The notes under the pieces are model-generated. The model saw only the letters and a list, made by a program, of their open reading frames with translations. It did no database searches and was not told the origin of the DNA. DNA of 64,000 bases from an uncultured virus (IMG/VR IMGVR_UViG_3300042295_000410) (lineage: Duplodnaviria; Heunggongvirae; Uroviricota; Caudoviricetes): the IMG/VR virus record IMGVR_UViG_3300042295_000410; one strand, 5' to 3'. Position 1 is the stretch's first letter. Each line of letters starts with the position of its first letter. Positions 47,840 through 58,466 of this stretch are shown in pieces. The position numbers and the translations under genes are program-made.

Positions 47840-48211
47840 ATGACAGCACCAAACTTAATCGGCGCAACAACAATTACAGGTAAGACCACCGGAACTAGTC
47901 TTACCACAACATCAACTACTACAGTGTTGAATAATCCATCAGATAGTGGAAAATGTTTGAAAGTCAACACATTGAACGTGGCAAATTATGGAGCCACAGC
48001 AACCAATGTAACTGTAAGTTGGTATAATACTGCAAGCATAGGAGGTGCTGCGTTTGCAATTATAAGTAATGCAGCGGTGCCGGCGGGAGCAACATTGAAC
48101 GTTATTGACAAAACTAGTCAGTACTATTTAGAAGAAAACAATAGTCTAGGCGCTGCGGCGGCGACAGGAAATTCATTGATAGTTACTTGTAGTTATGAGG
48201 ATATAAGTTAA
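47840..48211 (+). CDS. small virion adaptor-type protein (MTAPN...SYEDI), paralogue of 46065
   Basis: Visible protein similarity; GGAGG SD. Confidence 0.8.
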   Translation: MTAPNLIGATTITGKTTGTSLTTTSTTTVLNNPSDSGKCLKVNTLNVANYGATATNVTVSWYNTASIGGAAFAIISNAAVPAGATLNVIDKTSQYYLEENNSLGAAAATGNSLIVTCSYEDIS

Positions 48212-48212
48212 C

Positions 48213-49151
48213 ATGGTAAAACGGTACCTTGGCGGAATAATATCGGCTACACCCCCAACTATTAGCGCAGTAGCGGCGATAAATGGAGTTTTTAATGTTA
48301 CTCAGCAAATGCAGGCTAGACAAACTAATACCTGGCCGCCGCTGTTTCGTATACCTGTTGATGATATACTTATAGTCGGAGGGGGTGGAGCGGGCGGTGC
48401 CGGAGCAAATAATGCACGTGGCGGCGGAGGTGGCGGCGGCGGCGCATACTTAACATTGTCTTCTCAGAATTTTGAGATTGGCCAAACCTATATCATCACA
48501 GTAGGCGGCGGCGGCACAATTGGAGGCGTGGCCAGTAGAACTCAAACCAACGGAGGTAATAGCAGTATTACAACAGCAGGAGCAGTTGCGTATTCTGTCA
48601 CAGCCAATGGAGGAGGTTTTGGTGGAACTGCCGGTGGTACTGGCTCTAGTTATGCTGCAACTCGTGCCGGAAATAGTTCCGGAAATGGGTCTGGAGGCGG
48701 TGGCGCCAACTCCAGTGGCGCTGCTGGTGCAGGCGGAGTTTACGGTAGAAACGGTGGATCTACAGCAGAAACTGGCACCAGCGGCGGCGGCGGCGCAGGT
48801 GGTGGTGGAGCTGGCGGCGTGGGCGCAAACGGTGCTGGTATAGTGCTGGCCGCCGGAGGTGCAGGGTTATCTAATGGTATTAGGGGCTCTGCTGTAACTT
48901 ATTCACCAGGTGGCCAAGGCGCTCCAACCGCCGCAGGTAATAGACCAGTTGCTGGCGATGCAAACACGGGTGGTGGCGGTGGTGGTGGTGGCACAGGTTC
49001 GACAGGTACCGCCGGTTCGTCCGGAGTTGTGGTACTTAGATACTCAAGTGCGTACCCGGCGGCCACATCTACTACTGGTGGTCCAACTATTACATTATTG
49101 AACGGTTTTAGAATCTACTCCTTCATTGGCTCAGGCTCTATTACATTTTAA
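48213..49151 (+). CDS. glycine-rich tail fibre tip protein, paralogue of 46418
   Basis: Same architecture, ends GSGSITF. Confidence 0.85.
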   Translation: MVKRYLGGIISATPPTISAVAAINGVFNVTQQMQARQTNTWPPLFRIPVDDILIVGGGGAGGAGANNARGGGGGGGGAYLTLSSQNFEIGQTYIITVGGGGTIGGVASRTQTNGGNSSITTAGAVAYSVTANGGGFGGTAGGTGSSYAATRAGNSSGNGSGGGGANSSGAAGAGGVYGRNGGSTAETGTSGGGGAGGGGAGGVGANGAGIVLAAGGAGLSNGIRGSAVTYSPGGQGAPTAAGNRPVAGDANTGGGGGGGGTGSTGTAGSSGVVVLRYSSAYPAATSTTGGPTITLLNGFRIYSFIGSGSITF

Positions 49152-49168
49152 ATATTAAAGGAAAAGAT

Positions 49169-49534
49169 ATGGCACATTTTGCCCAACTAGATGAAAATAA
49201 TTCAGTAATTCAAGTAATCGTAGTAAACAACGATGTTTTATTGGATGCTAACGGTAATGAAAGTGAACAATTGGGTCAAGAATTTTGTACACAGTTATTG
49301 GGTGGAAATTGGGTTCAAACCAGTTACAATGCTAATTTTAGAAAAAATTATGCGGGCACGGGCCATACATATGATCTAGAATTAGACGCATTTATACCTC
49401 CCAGTCCCTATCCAAGTTGGGTTCTTGACACAGATACCAGCCAATGGACTGCTCCAGTACCGTATCCAACTGACGGTGAAACATATACATGGGACGAAGA
49501 TACACAATCTTGGATTCTACTCACGCTGTCTTGA
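49169..49534 (+). CDS. tail fibre-associated protein (MAHFAQLD...WVQTSYN..FRKNYAG family)
   Basis: Motif recognition; follows Gly-rich fibre gene. Confidence 0.8.
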   Translation: MAHFAQLDENNSVIQVIVVNNDVLLDANGNESEQLGQEFCTQLLGGNWVQTSYNANFRKNYAGTGHTYDLELDAFIPPSPYPSWVLDTDTSQWTAPVPYPTDGETYTWDEDTQSWILLTLS

Positions 49535-49561
49535 AACGTTATTTGATCAAAATTTAAATAA

Positions 49562-49909
49562 ATGACTACTCAAATATCATCGAACAATATTCAGCCCAGT
49601 ACATTGGATATTATATATATATCTGGCCCTAAAATTACCAGCGTGCAGGTTGCTAATGGTTCTTATATTGCAACAGGCGGAACCACAATAGGCACAACAG
49701 GTGGGTTTGCAATCATCAACGGATCTAATTTTTCAAGTAACATCAATGTTGTGATAGGTACAGCACTGGCCAGCACAGTTACATTTGTAAGCTCTGTTAG
49801 AATAAATATTCAAGTACCTGCACTAGCTGTGGGAAATTACATTGTTTATGTCACAACCACTGACAATGGAAAAGTTGCAGTAAAACCGAATGGAATAACA
49901 ATAGTATAA
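49562..49909 (+). CDS. stand-alone IPT/TIG domain protein
   Basis: Paralogous to the N-terminus of 49912. Confidence 0.75.
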   Translation: MTTQISSNNIQPSTLDIIYISGPKITSVQVANGSYIATGGTTIGTTGGFAIINGSNFSSNINVVIGTALASTVTFVSSVRINIQVPALAVGNYIVYVTTTDNGKVAVKPNGITIV

Positions 49910-49911
49910 CT

Positions 49912-52900
49912 ATGCCTACTCAAATTAGTCAAGACAACATACAACCTGCAACATTAGCCGCGTTGGGCGGCCCTACGTTAACCAACGTACAAATAACAGA
50001 TGCCAGTTATGCTATTATTGATGATACCGCTGTATTACTATCCGGTGGTTACATAAAACTCACAGGAACTAAGTTTGTTTCAGGATGTCAAGTTATTTTA
50101 GGCAGTGCAAACGCAACATCAGTTACATTTGTAAATAGTACTACCCTAAATGTACAGGTTCCTGCACAGGTTGCGGGTACATATGTAGTGTATGTAGTCA
50201 ATCCCGATGGTGGAGTCGCAATACGAGTTAATGGGTTAACCTATAGTGGAAACCCTACTTGGGTAACAGGTAGTACATTGCCCGATCAACCGGCAAATAC
50301 TGCCATCTCTATACAACTAGAAACAACCGGAGATTCACCACTAACATATGCGGTTCAAGCCGGTAGTAGTTTACCGAGCGGTGTTTCATTGTCCAGCAGT
50401 GGATTAATTACTGGATTAGTTGCAGTGGGTGTTGAAACACTTTATAATTTTACTATAGAAGCAATTGATGTGGAATTACAAGAAAGCCCCAGAGCCTTTA
50501 CTGTTACTATAACGATCGCTGACCCTTTCTTTAAAAATGTCACTACATTGATTAGTGCAAATTCCCCTGCAACTAGTGTATTTGTCGACGATGCAAGTAC
50601 AAACAACTTCCCAGTATCTATATTTGGCGATACTAGACCAAATAACTTCGGTCCATATACACCTGGATATTACAGTAATTTCTTTGATGGTACTGGTGAT
50701 TTTATATCTAATCCGGGAAATGTAGCATTTAACCTAAGCTCCGGGTCGTGGACTGTTGAATGTTGGTTTTATCAAACAAGCTCAAAACAAGTTCAATTAA
50801 TTTCATCAGGCGCCGCAAGATGGCGACTTGATGTAAACACATCTCAACAAGTGACTTGGTTATTTAATACTGGCAGTAGTCAACTATCAAACAATACTGC
50901 TCCTTTGAACCAGTGGAATCATGTTGCCATGTGTTACGACGGAACAACAAATATACTGTACTTAAACGGTGTAGCGCAAACAGCTACTGGCGCACTTGTC
51001 CCGGGCTCCGATAATGCAAGTACATTTTACATTGGTAGAAATCCAGATGCAGGCAGTGGATGGGACTTCAACGGATATATTTCTAATGTAAGAATAGTCA
51101 AAGGTTCTGCTGTTTATACAGCTAACTTTACACCGCCTACGGTACCACTAACTGCTATTGCAGGTACTACTTTATTAACTTGTCAGAGCAATAGATTTAT
51201 TGATAACAGTACAAACAATTTTGCACTAACAGTAAATGGAAATTTGGCTATATCAGGGTTTGATCCGTTTGTACCCAATACTAGTTATAGTGGATACGGC
51301 AGTACTTACTTTGATGGTACTGGGGACTTTTTAACGGCACAATCAATGACGCTCGGAACTAGTGCCTTTACTATAGAGTTTTGGGCTTATCCTACATCAA
51401 TACCAACAAACGCTATTATATTTGGTACCACTACAAACGGAGGTATACAATTACAAACAGATAGCGGTGGAAATTTAAATATTGGTACATACGGCGTAGG
51501 CAATACTATAGCAACATCGGGAAGTCCGTTTGTTACAAATAGATGGTTACATATTGTGGCTGTAAGAAGTGGAACAGGTGCAAACCAAACAAGTATATTT
51601 TTTAACGGTGTTCGTAATGTCAATGGTACAGTCAGCACAAATTATGTAGCAGGACCAGCAACTATAGGCGGTGCAGCTTCACAGATGTTTTTTGGTTATA
51701 TTAGTAATTTTAGAGTTGTTATAGGTACAGCAGTTTACGATCCGACACAAACTACATTAACTGTACCTACTGAACCACTAACTGCTATCGCAGGTACAAG
51801 TTTATTGACTTGCCAAACCAATCAACCAGTCAACAACAATGTGTTCATTGACAACAGCACTAACAATTTCTTGATAACAAGAAATGGTAATACTACACAA
51901 GGAACATTCAGTCCCTACGGTGGTGGATGGAGCAACTACTTTGATGGTACTGGCGATTATTTAAGTATTCCGGACAACGCTGCGTTCACATTGGGCACTA
52001 ATGACTTTACTTTTGAATGCTGGGTGTATCCAACTTCTATTACTTCAGGAAATAATAATATATTGGCACAATGGGGTACCGGTAATGCATGGATCTTTAG
52101 ATATGTTGCTGCTGGTCGACTACAATTTTCAGGGGCTGCTACCAATGTAACAGGAACTACCACTGCGGTAGTCATCAACCAATGGAATCACGTTGCAATT
52201 ACACGATCCAGCAGTACTGTTAGATTGTTTGTGAACGGAGTATTAGATGCAACTACCGGCACAATAGGAGCACTAACCGACGGTGCAAGCCAAGTGACTG
52301 TTGGAGCATATTCAGACGGAACATCTGAATATGTTACCGGTTATATTAGTAATTTAAGGTTAGTCAAAGGCACCGCACTTTATACCGCTAACTTTACACC
52401 AAGCACCGCCCCACTGCAACCCATAGCTGGAACAAGTTTGTTGACCTGTGCTCGCAATCGACTCGTCGATGCCAGCCCCAACAACTTTGCCGTCACCAAG
52501 GCGGGTGATGTCAGTGTGCAAAAGTTCAGTCCTTTTACAGAAACCTCATTACCTACACCTTATTATAGCAACTACTTTGATGGTACTGGGGATTATTTAA
52601 CTGTACCATCAAATGCTGCATTTAATATCACTTCGGGTAGCACAGATTCTTTTAGTTGCGAGCTTTGGGTAAACTTTGCTACTGTTAGTGCCAACCGAAC
52701 TATCATTGACAACGGCGGATTAGATACTGTCTCTTTTTCAAACTGGGCAATATATTTAAATGCATCTAGTCAAATTGCTATAAATTGGGGAGCTTCTGGT
52801 GCACCTGGCAGCTCGGGGATCGGCGTTCTTCCTTCTAGTACCGTTCCTGTTGCAGGTCAGTGGTATCACTTGGCATTGGTCAAAACAAATGCAGACTGGG

Positions 52901-54492
52901 CTTTGTTCATCAATGGCACTAGGGCAACATCTTTCAACGGATTGAACACTGCTGCAAAAACCAGTGCCAGTGCTTTATATATTGGTTTTGGCATCATTGC
53001 TGGGGGCGGAGGCCATGTGGGGTATATTAGTAACGTTAGGATTTATAATGGTGCTACTGGTTCTGCTCCCTACGCTGCTACATCTACTACGATAACAGTA
53101 CCTACTGAACCACTAACTGCTATCGCAGGTACAAGTTTATTGACTTGCCAATCTAATACTTTCATAGATAACAGTACAAACAATTTTGCAATAACTGCGG
53201 TTGGTAACACGATACCATCCCAATTCGCACCATTCAACGTCGCTTACACTACTAGACAACGTTATACACCACAAGTGTTTGGCGGTAGTTCACGCTTTGA
53301 TGGTACCAATGATTGGATTGGTTCTGCTCAGACCAATACCACATCCGTAATGAATTTTGCTTCCGGTCAAGACTTCACTATGGAGTTATGGGTTTACTCA
53401 ACTAGCGGTTTGGCAGATTACACAATAGCAAACTACGGCACTTACAAAGAAGCATATAACAGTGAGCGGGTTATTTGGATTACTAACAAAAGCGCAAGTA
53501 TCTTTATCAGCGGCGGCAGTAATACGAGCTCTGTACAATATACCGCGCTATTTCCGTCGTCGGCTACTTTATCAACTAATAGCTGGAACCACATTGCGCT
53601 AGTTCGTTCGAGTAATTTTATTAAAGTGTATGTAAATGGAGTAGGAGGAACAGCGGTCAGCGCACCTGGTGCAGCACAACCATTGAGTAGTCGATATGAT
53701 TTAGCTGGACCTAACGGATTATGGTTAGGCGTTAATTCAACCAATTGGACTGCTTTTAACCCAGTAGGTGTTACTGGTTACATCAGCGATTTTAGATATG
53801 TCAAAGGTACCGCACTCTACACCTCAAATTTCGTACCACAAAACACACCATTAACAGCAGTTAGAAACACTGTATTATTGATCAACGGAACCGGTGCTGG
53901 TGTCTATGACAGTTCGGGAATGAACAATTATGAAACTGTGGGTGATGCTAAAATTGACACCACAGTAGTTAAATTCACCGGCACAGAAAGCGTGAAGTTT
54001 GACGGTAATGGGGATAGTTTGACTTATATAGGCGGTGCCTCTATAAATTTTGGTACAGGCGACTTTACTATAGAACTTTGGGTAAACATGGCAAACACTA
54101 GTACATTTTCTTCGTTTTTACGACCTGACGATGGAGGATCGGTAGTGTCATTTGGTTACGATTGGAGCACCACCCAACTGAAGCTTGACGCAAGAAACGC
54201 GGTTATATTAAATGTGACGACCACAGCAGTAGTAGCAAATACTTGGACTCATATAGCAGCTACCAGATCAGGCACATCACTGAGATTATTTGTTAACGGA
54301 ACACAAGTTGGCTCCACTACTTCTAATTCAACTAATTTTGCATCTGCTACCGGTCTTATATATATAGGTGGCAGTAGCTTTAGTGCTGCTCATAGTGTCA
54401 ATGGTTATATTAGTGACTTTAGAATCACCCTAGGTATTGCCCGTTACACTGCTAACTTTACACCACCTACAGGTGTTTCCCTGACTCAGTAA
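49912..54492 (+). CDS. large fibre or receptor-binding protein: IPT/TIG, Ig and ~6 LamG/ConA-like domains
   Basis: Repeated FDGTGD...FT.E.W...W.H.A..R....LF.NG...GYISN.R...G.A.Y. Confidence 0.9.
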   Translation: MPTQISQDNIQPATLAALGGPTLTNVQITDASYAIIDDTAVLLSGGYIKLTGTKFVSGCQVILGSANATSVTFVNSTTLNVQVPAQVAGTYVVYVVNPDGGVAIRVNGLTYSGNPTWVTGSTLPDQPANTAISIQLETTGDSPLTYAVQAGSSLPSGVSLSSSGLITGLVAVGVETLYNFTIEAIDVELQESPRAFTVTITIADPFFKNVTTLISANSPATSVFVDDASTNNFPVSIFGDTRPNNFGPYTPGYYSNFFDGTGDFISNPGNVAFNLSSGSWTVECWFYQTSSKQVQLISSGAARWRLDVNTSQQVTWLFNTGSSQLSNNTAPLNQWNHVAMCYDGTTNILYLNGVAQTATGALVPGSDNASTFYIGRNPDAGSGWDFNGYISNVRIVKGSAVYTANFTPPTVPLTAIAGTTLLTCQSNRFIDNSTNNFALTVNGNLAISGFDPFVPNTSYSGYGSTYFDGTGDFLTAQSMTLGTSAFTIEFWAYPTSIPTNAIIFGTTTNGGIQLQTDSGGNLNIGTYGVGNTIATSGSPFVTNRWLHIVAVRSGTGANQTSIFFNGVRNVNGTVSTNYVAGPATIGGAASQMFFGYISNFRVVIGTAVYDPTQTTLTVPTEPLTAIAGTSLLTCQTNQPVNNNVFIDNSTNNFLITRNGNTTQGTFSPYGGGWSNYFDGTGDYLSIPDNAAFTLGTNDFTFECWVYPTSITSGNNNILAQWGTGNAWIFRYVAAGRLQFSGAATNVTGTTTAVVINQWNHVAITRSSSTVRLFVNGVLDATTGTIGALTDGASQVTVGAYSDGTSEYVTGYISNLRLVKGTALYTANFTPSTAPLQPIAGTSLLTCARNRLVDASPNNFAVTKAGDVSVQKFSPFTETSLPTPYYSNYFDGTGDYLTVPSNAAFNITSGSTDSFSCELWVNFATVSANRTIIDNGGLDTVSFSNWAIYLNASSQIAINWGASGAPGSSGIGVLPSSTVPVAGQWYHLALVKTNADWALFINGTRATSFNGLNTAAKTSASALYIGFGIIAGGGGHVGYISNVRIYNGATGSAPYAATSTTITVPTEPLTAIAGTSLLTCQSNTFIDNSTNNFAITAVGNTIPSQFAPFNVAYTTRQRYTPQVFGGSSRFDGTNDWIGSAQTNTTSVMNFASGQDFTMELWVYSTSGLADYTIANYGTYKEAYNSERVIWITNKSASIFISGGSNTSSVQYTALFPSSATLSTNSWNHIALVRSSNFIKVYVNGVGGTAVSAPGAAQPLSSRYDLAGPNGLWLGVNSTNWTAFNPVGVTGYISDFRYVKGTALYTSNFVPQNTPLTAVRNTVLLINGTGAGVYDSSGMNNYETVGDAKIDTTVVKFTGTESVKFDGNGDSLTYIGGASINFGTGDFTIELWVNMANTSTFSSFLRPDDGGSVVSFGYDWSTTQLKLDARNAVILNVTTTAVVANTWTHIAATRSGTSLRLFVNGTQVGSTTSNSTNFASATGLIYIGGSSFSAAHSVNGYISDFRITLGIARYTANFTPPTGVSLTQ

Positions 54493-54508
54493 CAGCGAAA
54501 TACTATAG

Positions 54509-54532
54509 AAAAAGGACCTTCGGGTCCTTTTT
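54509..54532. terminator. bidirectional intrinsic terminator
   Basis: AAAAAGGACC-TTCG-GGTCCTTTTT. Confidence 0.9.
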
Positions 54533-54584
54533 CATTACTTACTATATTATGTTTGGGCTATGCCCTAATATTATTATTATAAAA

Positions 54585-54850
54585 TTATTTCTTAGCACCA
54601 GCATTGACAAAACTATACATTTTTTCCGCTGTCTCAAGAACTTTTTCAAGTCCTGGAAACTCTGGCATACCAACTTTGGTAACGATCTGACCAGTCTTCT
54701 CGTCACGAGTAGCAGTCATTTCCCAACCTTGAAATTTGGAATGAAATTCTTCGCTTACTAGTCCCTTTGCCATATCTAGGATATCTGTACGGATTTCGTA
54801 TCCGTTTTTGTTGAATTTAACTTCTGGCAATTTTGGGGTTTCAAAACTTT
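54585..54850 (-). pseudogene. 5'-truncated copy of gene 58945-59214
   Basis: ..[24 protein letters not shown] matches MTDFNTPKLPEV...; no ATG, SD or promoter; joined to a LamG remnant. Confidence 0.7.
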
Positions 54851-54967
54851 GGAGGCCAGGCTGGTGATTATTTGAACGGATACATTAGTGACTTCAGAAT
54901 TACCAATGGTGTAGCACGTTACACTGCTAACTTCACGGCACCTGCAGGTCCTTTCCAAACTTCTTAA
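54851..54967 (+). pseudogene. orphan 3' end of a LamG fibre gene (..[34 protein letters not shown])
   Basis: Paralogous to the last ~30 codons of 49912-54492. Confidence 0.8.
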
Positions 54968-55089
54968 CTTTACAGCACTGACAGAGTCTTACCTAGATTA
55001 TTAAAAGATTAATTTCACGAGCATTATCCGATCAATGAGTAAAAATCAATATCATTGACCCTACTAAGATATACTGTATAATTAATAGC

Positions 55090-58000
55090 ATGAAGCTAGC
55101 TATTATAGATATTATCGGCATCCCATACGACGGAACTACGGTATTCAAACAAGGACTAGGAGGCAGCGAAAGTGCTGTTATCCTAATGAGTAGGGAACTC
55201 GCACAAATTGGATTTGATGTTACAGTGTTCAATAACTGTAACATTGATCATGCAGTACCTGGCAAGTACGACACAGTAACTTATAGGCCACTTACAGATC
55301 TAGCTAACAATCACGAGTTTGATATTGTTATAAGCAGTCGCACAATTATTCCATTCACTGATCCGAAAGATTATCCGAGATTAAACGATAATCGCAGTGT
55401 ACCATTCATGTCTATGAATCTATACGACAGGATTATCAGTAAAGCTAAAATGCGAGTATTGTGGATGCACGACACATTCTGTCTAGGCGATAACTTGATC
55501 GAAGAGCTTGCTGTTGCAGATAGAATTACAGACATCTTTACACTAAGCGATTTCCACCTAACCTATGTTACTAACTGTCATCATGGCCGCAGACGAAACT
55601 TCGAAGTACTAAAGCGTAAGATGTTCATCACACGTAACGGTGTACGCATCTATAATCGCGAAGTGGATATCAAAGCCAAAGATAAGAATTTGTTTGTTTA
55701 TAATGCATCAGTGACCAAAGGAATGATTCCGCTGGTTAAAATGATCTGGCCACATGTCAAGCGACATATACCTGAAGCTAAACTAAAAGTCATAGGCGGC
55801 TACTATAGATTTAGCACAAATGCAGAACCTGATCAACAAGAAAAAGATTGGCGCGAGATGGCTGCTGATCCGCAGCTAGCAGCACAAGGTATAGAATTTA
55901 CAGGTGTTATACCGCAGAAAGAAATTGCCGATATACTAACTACTGCTAACTTCATGCTGTATCCGGCAGCGTTTCCGGAAACCTACGGCATTTCATCAAT
56001 GGAGAGTTTATGCTACAACACTCCTATCATAACTTGCCGCTTTGGTGCATTAGAAGAAATTGCAGTGGCAGGTGCTTGTTACTTAATTGACTATGCTATT
56101 GAACCCAATGGACTGTTTCCGGATATCAGTGTACCAACACAGGTTGAACAGTTTGTCAAGACCACGGTAGAAGCATATCGTAATCCGTATCTACATCAAC
56201 AGAAACAATACTATTGCAACATTGTTAAAGACATTGCGGGTTGGGACAGTGTAGCACTGCAATGGAAGCAGCATTTTTATAAAAAGACAGGACATTATCT
56301 AAGCAGCAGTGACTATCGTGCTGTTAGCAAAATCAACCACAGACTGCACAAGATTTACAATCGCAAGTTTCATAATACAGTTGAATTAGAAGATTACAAG
56401 CCGGGAACAGAGCAACCTATTGTGGTTGTTAGCACATTCTACAATTGCAAAAATTATATTGCACGTTGCATCAACAGTATTGCTACACAAGACTACGACA
56501 ACTATCGATGTATTTTGGTAGACGATGCAAGTACTGATAATACACTGGAAGCATTGTACACTGCACTGTCAGCCTATCCTGCACACATTCGAGCCAAGTT
56601 TGAAGTTATTGAAAATCAAAATAACGTAGGCGCAGTAAAAAATCAAATAGATACATTTAGAAGTCTACAAGATCCCAATGCTATTGTAATGATACTCGAC
56701 GGTGACGACAGTCTAGTTAATGACAACACTGTGTTCAGCTACTATAACAATGTGTATGACGGCACAACAGAATTTACCTACGGTAGTTGCTGGTCAATGG
56801 TTGATAATATTCCATTGATTAGTCAGCCTTATCCCGAGCACGTAAAGAACAGCAAAGAATACAGGAATCATCACTTTAATTGGATCTTACCTTACACACA
56901 CCTACGCACATTTAAACAACAGTTAATTGACGGTCTAGACGATAGCCTATTCCAAGATGACACAGGTGCATGGTATAAGGCAGGCGGTGACGGCAGTATT
57001 TTCTATGCACTAATCGAAAATGCTGATCCTAGTAAAGTTAAATGTCTACAAGATATTGTATATAATTACAATGATGTTAATCCACTCAACGATTACAAAG
57101 TAAATGCTATTGAACAAAACGTAGCAGCTAAATCTATTATTAAAAAAATGAATCCATCTAAAAAAAAGATTCTCATAGCAATTCCAACAGCTCGTAATAT
57201 TGAACCGGAAACTTTTAAAAGTATCTATGACTTAATCATCCCCGAGGGCTACGAAGCAACGTTCCAATATTTTTACGGATACAATATTGATCAGGTACGC
57301 AACTTGATTGCCGACTGGGTAGTAAAAGGATTTGATTATCTATTCAGTGTAGATAGTGATATTAGCTTCCCTCCTAACACACTGTCAAAGTTGCTATCGC
57401 ACGATAAGGATGTTGTCAGCGGTTTATACATACAACGTAAACCTGGATTACATATTTTAGAAATATATGAACACAATCAGAATGGCGGAGTAAGCAATAT
57501 GCCGTATGAAAAGCTAAAGGGTAGACCTTTAGTTGAAATTGCCGGCTGTGGATTTGGTTGTGCTCTAGTCAAAGCAGAAGTTATGTGTGAAATAGGTTAT
57601 CCACAATTTAAGTATTATAGTGCTATCGATCATAGGAACACTGTTTCAGAAGATGTAGATTTCTGTCGCAAGGCCCGGGACAAAGGATTTAAAATTTGGG
57701 CAGATCCCAGTGTGTTATGCAGCCATACTGGCAGCTTTACTTTTAATGTAGATAATGCCATTACTGCTGCCCCAGATGTAACACCGTTTAACATACAGGA
57801 TCGTTTACGGGAGTTAGGAAGTCAACGACTGATTCCTCGTAACCATGTAGATTATCTTGCCAAACTCAAGAATGAAGGGTTTGAACCAAAGGTTATATAC
57901 GATATCGGTGCATGTGTTCTGCACTGGACTAACGAAGCACAACGTATTTGGGATCGAGCAAAGTATGTTGTATTTGAAGCAATGGACAGTAGCGAGTTCC

Positions 58001-58458
58001 TATATAAAGAACGTAATTTGCAATATCATATGGGTGTGCTAAGTGACCAGAGTGGCAAAGAAGTTGACTTCTATCAAAATGATGTACATCCGGGTGGCAA
58101 CAGTTATTACAAAGAAAACGAAGAAGTAAATCCCGAAACAGTCAACTACTTTAACGAAACACATCGTCGTAGGCTAAAGACAGTGACCCTAGATGCTGTA
58201 CGCCGCCTTAAAAACTTTCCTCCCCCAGATATGATTAAAATGGATGTACAAGGTGCAGAGTTAGATGTGCTAAAGGGTGCTGTAGAAACATTATCCACAG
58301 TGAAACATGTTATTCTAGAACTACAGGTTGTAGAATACAATAAAGGTGCCCCGTTAAAAGATGATGTAATAGCATATATGGACACACAAGGGTTCGACTG
58401 TTTGGGTATCTTTAGCAACAACGGACCCGACGGTGATTATCATTTTGTTCGGCGCTAA
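55090..58458 (+). CDS. multi-domain glycosyltransferase: GT4-like, GT2, GT2-like and FkbM methyltransferase domains
   Basis: GLGGSE, ETYGISSME; VDDASTD, LDGDD; VDSD, GFGC, SED..FC; YDIGA, IKMDVQGAE; promoter near 55056-55083. Confidence 0.9.
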   Translation: MKLAIIDIIGIPYDGTTVFKQGLGGSESAVILMSRELAQIGFDVTVFNNCNIDHAVPGKYDTVTYRPLTDLANNHEFDIVISSRTIIPFTDPKDYPRLNDNRSVPFMSMNLYDRIISKAKMRVLWMHDTFCLGDNLIEELAVADRITDIFTLSDFHLTYVTNCHHGRRRNFEVLKRKMFITRNGVRIYNREVDIKAKDKNLFVYNASVTKGMIPLVKMIWPHVKRHIPEAKLKVIGGYYRFSTNAEPDQQEKDWREMAADPQLAAQGIEFTGVIPQKEIADILTTANFMLYPAAFPETYGISSMESLCYNTPIITCRFGALEEIAVAGACYLIDYAIEPNGLFPDISVPTQVEQFVKTTVEAYRNPYLHQQKQYYCNIVKDIAGWDSVALQWKQHFYKKTGHYLSSSDYRAVSKINHRLHKIYNRKFHNTVELEDYKPGTEQPIVVVSTFYNCKNYIARCINSIATQDYDNYRCILVDDASTDNTLEALYTALSAYPAHIRAKFEVIENQNNVGAVKNQIDTFRSLQDPNAIVMILDGDDSLVNDNTVFSYYNNVYDGTTEFTYGSCWSMVDNIPLISQPYPEHVKNSKEYRNHHFNWILPYTHLRTFKQQLIDGLDDSLFQDDTGAWYKAGGDGSIFYALIENADPSKVKCLQDIVYNYNDVNPLNDYKVNAIEQNVAAKSIIKKMNPSKKKILIAIPTARNIEPETFKSIYDLIIPEGYEATFQYFYGYNIDQVRNLIADWVVKGFDYLFSVDSDISFPPNTLSKLLSHDKDVVSGLYIQRKPGLHILEIYEHNQNGGVSNMPYEKLKGRPLVEIAGCGFGCALVKAEVMCEIGYPQFKYYSAIDHRNTVSEDVDFCRKARDKGFKIWADPSVLCSHTGSFTFNVDNAITAAPDVTPFNIQDRLRELGSQRLIPRNHVDYLAKLKNEGFEPKVIYDIGACVLHWTNEAQRIWDRAKYVVFEAMDSSEFLYKERNLQYHMGVLSDQSGKEVDFYQNDVHPGGNSYYKENEEVNPETVNYFNETHRRRLKTVTLDAVRRLKNFPPPDMIKMDVQGAELDVLKGAVETLSTVKHVILELQVVEYNKGAPLKDDVIAYMDTQGFDCLGIFSNNGPDGDYHFVRR

Positions 58459-58466
58459 ATACTGCT

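Noticed and set aside
54851..54967. DGR template repeat for the LamG C-terminus
   Set aside because: Differences from 54400-54492 are spread over all bases and are often synonymous third-position changes rather than adenine-specific; no reverse transcriptase in the window
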